Shown here piece after piece: positions 59,388-64,000 of a stretch of 64,000 bases of DNA; position 1 is the stretch's first letter, and every line of letters begins with the position of its first letter. The stretch spans positions 1-64,000 of the IMG/VR virus record IMGVR_UViG_3300037010_003311. One strand, 5' to 3'. A model generated the notes under the pieces. It had not been told where the DNA came from, searched no databases, and saw only the letters and a program-made list of their open reading frames with translations. The translations under genes and the position numbers were made by a program.

Positions 59388-60118
59388 AGTATAAGGAAGA
59401 TTCCAGGGATAATCAAACGTTATTTCTATGGTTAGATCTTGAGACTACTGGTCTTAATAGTAAGACTTGTGGTATTATTGAAGCAGCTGGATGCTTTGAA
59501 TTAAATGGAGAAGTGTTAAAAGAATTTGAACTTTTAATTAACCCGTTTACATATCCAAATCAAATTGAAGTACAAGAAAAGGCTCTAGCTGTAAACAATC
59601 GAACTATTCCAGAAATACAAACATTCCTGGATCAGAAACAATGTCTAGACTGGTTAAATAGTTGGATCGAATACTACATAACACAATATGGTTGTAATAG
59701 GCCATATATAGTTGGGTATAATGTTGGATTCGATGTAGATTTCGTTAAAGAGTGGTACGCGGCTAATAACGTGAAGTATTCATTGTATTTTCAATATAAA
59801 TTTATTGATGTGATGCAACATGTTATGATGTTAAGCTATCTTGGAGTACTTGATCCTTATAATAACACCCTAAAAGAGATGTGTTTAAAGTTTGGGATTA
59901 ATATTGATAATGCTCATACGGCAATTGCTGATATCCGAGCAACAAGAGAATTAAGTCAAAAGTTAGTACAAACTCATAAATATATACAGTGGTTAAAACC
60001 AACACCTATAGAGGAGGGAAGCACAGACATAGATAGTATTGTAGCAAACTGGGGTTCAAAAAGAGTTACTGAAAAATTAGGTTTAGTACAACATGATGTT
60101 ACTAAAGATTATAATTAG
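59384..60118 (+). CDS. DnaQ-like DEDDh 3'-5' exonuclease
   Basis: DLETTG, GYNV.FD, AH.A.AD. Confidence 0.88.
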   Translation: MKYKEDSRDNQTLFLWLDLETTGLNSKTCGIIEAAGCFELNGEVLKEFELLINPFTYPNQIEVQEKALAVNNRTIPEIQTFLDQKQCLDWLNSWIEYYITQYGCNRPYIVGYNVGFDVDFVKEWYAANNVKYSLYFQYKFIDVMQHVMMLSYLGVLDPYNNTLKEMCLKFGINIDNAHTAIADIRATRELSQKLVQTHKYIQWLKPTPIEEGSTDIDSIVANWGSKRVTEKLGLVQHDVTKDYN

Positions 60119-60160
60119 AATTCATTCTAATTCAAAATAAAATAAGATAAAGGCTAAAAG

Positions 60161-61615
60161 ATGACATATGATATTTCCAACTCAAGCATTCTTCTAATGG
60201 AGAATAACAAGAAAAAGTTTATAAATCTGGACGCGACATTTAAACCATTCGAACCAGAATTATTAAAAATGATCCTTATTGATCAAAAATCTTTTACAGA
60301 AATTTGTAATTTTGTAGATTCAAAAATTAATGCGTTAGTTAAGGCGGTTGAATCAACAACTACCCCGACCGAATTAAAAATGGTCAAGATAGATGACTTC
60401 TTGGATGATACACCTCTTACTGGAGAAGAGGCAAAAATAATTAACTCTGATAAATTAGAAGAGTTAATTGAATTTAGTTCTGGGCAATTAACTATAAAAG
60501 ATAATACTTTATATTGGAGAGGGGAACCTATCTATAATAAAAAGATGATTGAATTCATTAGTCATTATCAATCAAATATGGTAAATATTGAATTCGTTGA
60601 ACGTTTTTTAGATAAAGTCTATCAGAATCCAGATGTAAACGTTCGTAACGATATTTTCGATTTCATTGTTAATAGATGTGGTATCTTAAGCGATGGGGAT
60701 TTCTTAGCCTATAAAAGAGTTCGTGATTCATATATGGATATTCATTCTAATTCTATGGATAACAGTATTGGAAAAATAGTTTTTATGGACCGTATAAAAT
60801 GTGATCCAAACTCTAATCGCACCTGTTCTAGAGGGCTTCATGTTTGTACGAAGGGTTATTTATCTTCGTTTTCTGGAGATAGAATAGTACTTTGTAAAGT
60901 TAATCCAAAAGATGTTGTAGCTATACCAGTTGATTATAGTGCTATGAAAATGCGTACATGCTACTATAAAGTAGTAGGTGAAGTTAAAAGTAATAGTGAG
61001 TTTTCTGATATCTTAGCAAATCTATATGATGATCCAACCAGTGGTGATAAATTATTTATGGAAGTAGCGGAAATCAATGACAATATTGAAGTTGGTATTC
61101 AAGTAAACACAACTACCGTAGAAACTGATTCTCGAGTTCCAGTTACTCCGGCTGGTAAAGTTATAGATATAGAAGTAACAACTCCGGAAGAAACATTATT
61201 GTTAATTTTCGGTAATGATTCTAAAGTACTAAGTTCCTTAAATGTTGCTAAGAAAGCTTATGCTGAACATAAGGATTTAGATTTATATAATACTGATCTT
61301 ATTAATAGGGCTACAAAAATTAGACCTAAAAATACTAAACTATTATATGCTATTGATGTTTGGTCTACTAGAACTACTAAAGCCAAACAACTTGATGAAG
61401 TGTTAAAAAACAATGCTTCGGTTACTGATGATGCTAAAACAATTAAAGAAGTAATTGAACTCTTTAGTACGGACACTAAGGTAGCAAAAGCATTAGAAAA
61501 AATAGTGGAACCTGAAGAGAATAAAAATTTATTCGAAACTATAGTTGATCGGATTAAACAACTGCGTCCAACTAGTGCTAAACTAGTTAAGTTTCTAGAT
61601 AATTTAAAAAAATAA
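60161..61615 (+). CDS. rIIB: RIIB-like protein with C-terminal extension
   Basis: DG.FLAYK.V, D.HS, CSRGLH, KVNP.DVV.IP.DY...KMR.C.Y. Confidence 0.88.
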   Translation: MTYDISNSSILLMENNKKKFINLDATFKPFEPELLKMILIDQKSFTEICNFVDSKINALVKAVESTTTPTELKMVKIDDFLDDTPLTGEEAKIINSDKLEELIEFSSGQLTIKDNTLYWRGEPIYNKKMIEFISHYQSNMVNIEFVERFLDKVYQNPDVNVRNDIFDFIVNRCGILSDGDFLAYKRVRDSYMDIHSNSMDNSIGKIVFMDRIKCDPNSNRTCSRGLHVCTKGYLSSFSGDRIVLCKVNPKDVVAIPVDYSAMKMRTCYYKVVGEVKSNSEFSDILANLYDDPTSGDKLFMEVAEINDNIEVGIQVNTTTVETDSRVPVTPAGKVIDIEVTTPEETLLLIFGNDSKVLSSLNVAKKAYAEHKDLDLYNTDLINRATKIRPKNTKLLYAIDVWSTRTTKAKQLDEVLKNNASVTDDAKTIKEVIELFSTDTKVAKALEKIVEPEENKNLFETIVDRIKQLRPTSAKLVKFLDNLKK

Positions 61616-61662
61616 AAAACTTACCGGATAACCCGGTAAGTTTTCCTGTCGCTAAAAAAGGA
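61616..61662 (+). repeat. hairpin element B, copy 1 (probable terminator plus CCTGTCGC box)
   Basis: AAAACTTACCGG-ATAAC-CCGGTAAGTTTT then CCTGTCGCTAAAAAAGGA. Confidence 0.8.
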
Positions 61663-61699
61663 GATGGTATGAAAGCAGAAAGGGCAAGAGGGAATATAA

Positions 61700-62629
61700 A
61701 TGGTAGAAAAAAAATATAAACTTGGTGAGTCAAAAGGGTTCCAAGGAAGAACTCTTTTTAGAGTTGTAGCAATAGTTGGATTCGCTGATGTAAACATTGG
61801 TGAAATCGGTGGTTGGGTAGAGAAAGAAAATAACCTAGCTCACGATGGTGATGCCTGGATCTATGGTGACGCTATGGTATATGGGGATGCTCGAGTTAGT
61901 GGTGATGCTATAGTATATGGTGATGCCCGAGTTAGTGGTGAGGCCCGAGTATATGGTAAGGCTCACGTTAGTGGTGAGGCTCGCGTTAGTGGTGAGGCTC
62001 ACGTTAGGGATAATGCTGAAGTATATGGTAATGCTCAAGTATACGGTTATGCTATGGTATATGGTAATGCTGAAGCATATCGTTTTGCCAAAGTATATGA
62101 TTATACCGAAGTGTATGATAATGCAGAAGTATATGGTAATGCTGAAGTATATTGTGATGCTCGAGTTAGTGGTAATGCTAAGGTGCATGGTAATGCGATG
62201 GTATATGGTAATACTCGAGTTAGTGGTAATGTTATGATACATGGTAATGCGATGGTATATGGTAATTCTGAGGTATATGATAGAGCTCAAGTATATGGGG
62301 AGGCCCAAGTGTATGATAATGCCAAAGTGTATGGTGATACTTATATATATGATAAAGCCATTATATACGATGATGCTGAAGTGTATGATAATGCTAAAGT
62401 ATATGATAATGCCCAAGTGTATGGTTTTGCTGAAGTATATGATAATGCTAAAGTATATGATAGGGCTCAGGTATCTGGTATTGCTGAAGTATATGGTAGG
62501 GCTCAGGTATCTGGTATTGCTGAAGTATATGATAGGGCTCAGGTATATGGTATGGCTCAGGTATATGGTTGGGCCAAAGTATATAACGATACTCATGTAT
62601 CTGGTTATGATGAAGTCTATAGTGTATGA
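61700..62629 (+). CDS. hexapeptide-repeat protein, second cluster, no C-cap
   Basis: N-cap plus repeats ending NDTHVSGYDEVYSV. Confidence 0.9.
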   Translation: MVEKKYKLGESKGFQGRTLFRVVAIVGFADVNIGEIGGWVEKENNLAHDGDAWIYGDAMVYGDARVSGDAIVYGDARVSGEARVYGKAHVSGEARVSGEAHVRDNAEVYGNAQVYGYAMVYGNAEAYRFAKVYDYTEVYDNAEVYGNAEVYCDARVSGNAKVHGNAMVYGNTRVSGNVMIHGNAMVYGNSEVYDRAQVYGEAQVYDNAKVYGDTYIYDKAIIYDDAEVYDNAKVYDNAQVYGFAEVYDNAKVYDRAQVSGIAEVYGRAQVSGIAEVYDRAQVYGMAQVYGWAKVYNDTHVSGYDEVYSV

Positions 62630-62714
62630 TATCAAAGTAATACCATCATATAAACCAAAGTTGCCAATACCGGACCGAGGACATACTACTTCAGAACTTG
62701 AAGCTAAGTTATGA
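62626..62714 (+). pseudogene. frameshifted and internally deleted copy of 63358-63630
   Basis: shares SYKPKLPI and TTS.LEAK; its ATG is out of frame. Confidence 0.55.
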
Positions 62715-62729
62715 AGATTGAAACGAAAG

Positions 62730-62769
62730 AACTTACCGGATAACCAGGTAAGTTTCCCGGTCGCTAAAA
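62730..62769 (+). repeat. hairpin element B, copy 2
   Basis: AACTTACCGG-ATAAC-CAGGTAAGTT then CCGGTCGCTAAAA. Confidence 0.75.
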
Positions 62770-62827
62770 TGTTACAGATTGAAATTTGATACAATATACT
62801 AGCGGTCGATCATTAAAAGGAATATAA

Positions 62828-63361
62828 ATGGTGGAAAAAAAATATAAACTTGGTGAGTCAGAAGAGTTTCCATCTGGAACTCTTTTTAGAGTTATAGCAT
62901 TAAAAGATTTTAACGATGTAACTGCTGGTGAAATCGGTGGTTGGATCGAAAAAGAAGATAACCTAGCGCAAGATGGTGACGCTTGGGTCTATGGTGACGC
63001 TATGGTATATGGTGATGCTCGAGTTAGTGATGATGCTCAGGTATATGGTAATGCCCGAGTTAGTGGTGAGGCTCGAGTATATGATAAGGCTCACGTTAAG
63101 GATAATGCTGAAGTATATGGTAATGCTCAAGTATATGGTTATGCTATGGTATATGGTAATGCTGAAGCATATCGTTTTGCCAAAGTATATGATTATGCCG
63201 AAGTATATGATTATGCCGAAGTGTATGATAATGCTCAAGTGTATGATTATGCTGAAGTATATGATAATGCTGAAGTATATGGTATGGCTCAGGTATACGG
63301 TTGGGCCAAAGTATATAACGATACTCATGTATCTGGTTATGATGAAGTATATAGTGTATGA
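62828..63361 (+). CDS. hexapeptide-repeat protein, shorter paralog of 61700-62629
   Basis: same C-terminal 25 aa, fewer repeats. Confidence 0.9.
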   Translation: MVEKKYKLGESEEFPSGTLFRVIALKDFNDVTAGEIGGWIEKEDNLAQDGDAWVYGDAMVYGDARVSDDAQVYGNARVSGEARVYDKAHVKDNAEVYGNAQVYGYAMVYGNAEAYRFAKVYDYAEVYDYAEVYDNAQVYDYAEVYDNAEVYGMAQVYGWAKVYNDTHVSGYDEVYSV

Positions 63362-63630
63362 TGACAAAGTATATGCTATCCTATAAACCAAAGTTACCAA
63401 TACAAGAACTCAGCGAAGAAACTTTTAAAAGGGAATACCTAAGCGAGGATATACTTTACGCTAAGTCATATAATATGTGCGGTGAATGTATTTTCTTTGA
63501 ACCGGGTCGTGGGTGTACTACTTCAAAACTTGAAGCTAAGTACGGGAATAGTCGTACACCAGCCTGCGAAGAATTTAAAATAAAAGGAATGAGCAATGAC
63601 AACGAAAGAGCTTACCGGGATATCCGGTAA
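63358..63630 (+). CDS. small Cys-containing hypothetical protein
   Basis: CxxC...C...PAC..F. Confidence 0.55.
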   Translation: MMTKYMLSYKPKLPIQELSEETFKREYLSEDILYAKSYNMCGECIFFEPGRGCTTSKLEAKYGNSRTPACEEFKIKGMSNDNERAYRDIR

Positions 63631-63650
63631 GCTCTCCTGTCGCGAAAAAG
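63607..63650 (+). repeat. hairpin element B, copy 3
   Basis: AGAGCTTACCGG-GATAT-CCGGTAAGCTCT then CCTGTCGCGAAAAAG. Confidence 0.8.
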
Positions 63651-63707
63651 AAGACATAATGAAATTGGATATACTATACTATCGTATGATCATTAAAAGG
63701 AATATAA

Positions 63708-64000
63708 ATGGTAGGAAAAAAATATAAACTTGGGGAGTCAGAAGAGTTCTTAGGAAGAACTATTTTTAGAATTATAGCACTAAGAACATTTAATGATGTA
63801 TCTATCGGAGACATTGGTGGATGGGTCGAAAGTGAAAATAACTTAGATCATAATGGTGGTGCCTGGATTTATGGTAATGCTATGGTATATGGTGATACTC
63901 GAGTTAGTTGTAATGCTATGGTATATGGTAATGCTATGGTATATGATAATGCTCAGGTATATGGTGATGCTCAAGTATACGGGGATGCCCAAGTATATGG
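63708..64000 (+). CDS. hexapeptide-repeat protein, partial (runs off the window)
   Basis: MVGKKYKLGE..TIFRIIALR.F..GDIGGWVE then VYG[DN]A repeats. Confidence 0.88.
   Translation, partial: MVGKKYKLGESEEFLGRTIFRIIALRTFNDVSIGDIGGWVESENNLDHNGGAWIYGNAMVYGDTRVSCNAMVYGNAMVYDNAQVYGDAQVYGDAQVY

Noticed and set aside
1-64000. Genome-wide stop-codon reassignment
   Set aside because: Conserved enzymes are full length in the standard code, and TAA, TAG and TGA all end genes with tight coupling to the next start.

Overview
AT-rich, gene-dense 64-kb segment of a large dsDNA phage with T4-like or jumbo-phage replication genes. All credible genes are on the + strand, most with AAGGA-type Shine-Dalgarno sites. 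An LPP20-like gene, a NudF-like gene and a Hef-like endonuclease suggest a Campylobacterota host (inference). No virion structural genes, tRNAs, CRISPR arrays or reverse transcriptase were recognised. Recognisable genes: ATP-dependent DNA ligase, two type II topoisomerase subunits, Nudix hydrolase, nucleotide-sugar dehydrogenase, two lytic transglycosylase-like proteins, DnaQ-like exonuclease, rIIB, and a 7-deazaguanine DNA-modification set (queC, folE, queE, a divergent DpdA/TGT-like gene and a DUF6884-like gene). Most notable: (1) a fragmented family B DNA polymerase whose catalytic YSDTD-S motif must be rebuilt by a naturally split Ser/Ser intein with only a 32-aa N-extein, with the exonuclease as a separate downstream gene; (2) about 14 units of a capped hexapeptide beta-helix gene that share identical DNA blocks and appear to be actively shuffling; (3) a second tandem family with 6 intact units; (4) two candidate Whirly-fold ssDNA-binding proteins; (5) two families of repeated dyad elements showing compensatory base changes. 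All family assignments come from motif recognition by eye, not database searches.
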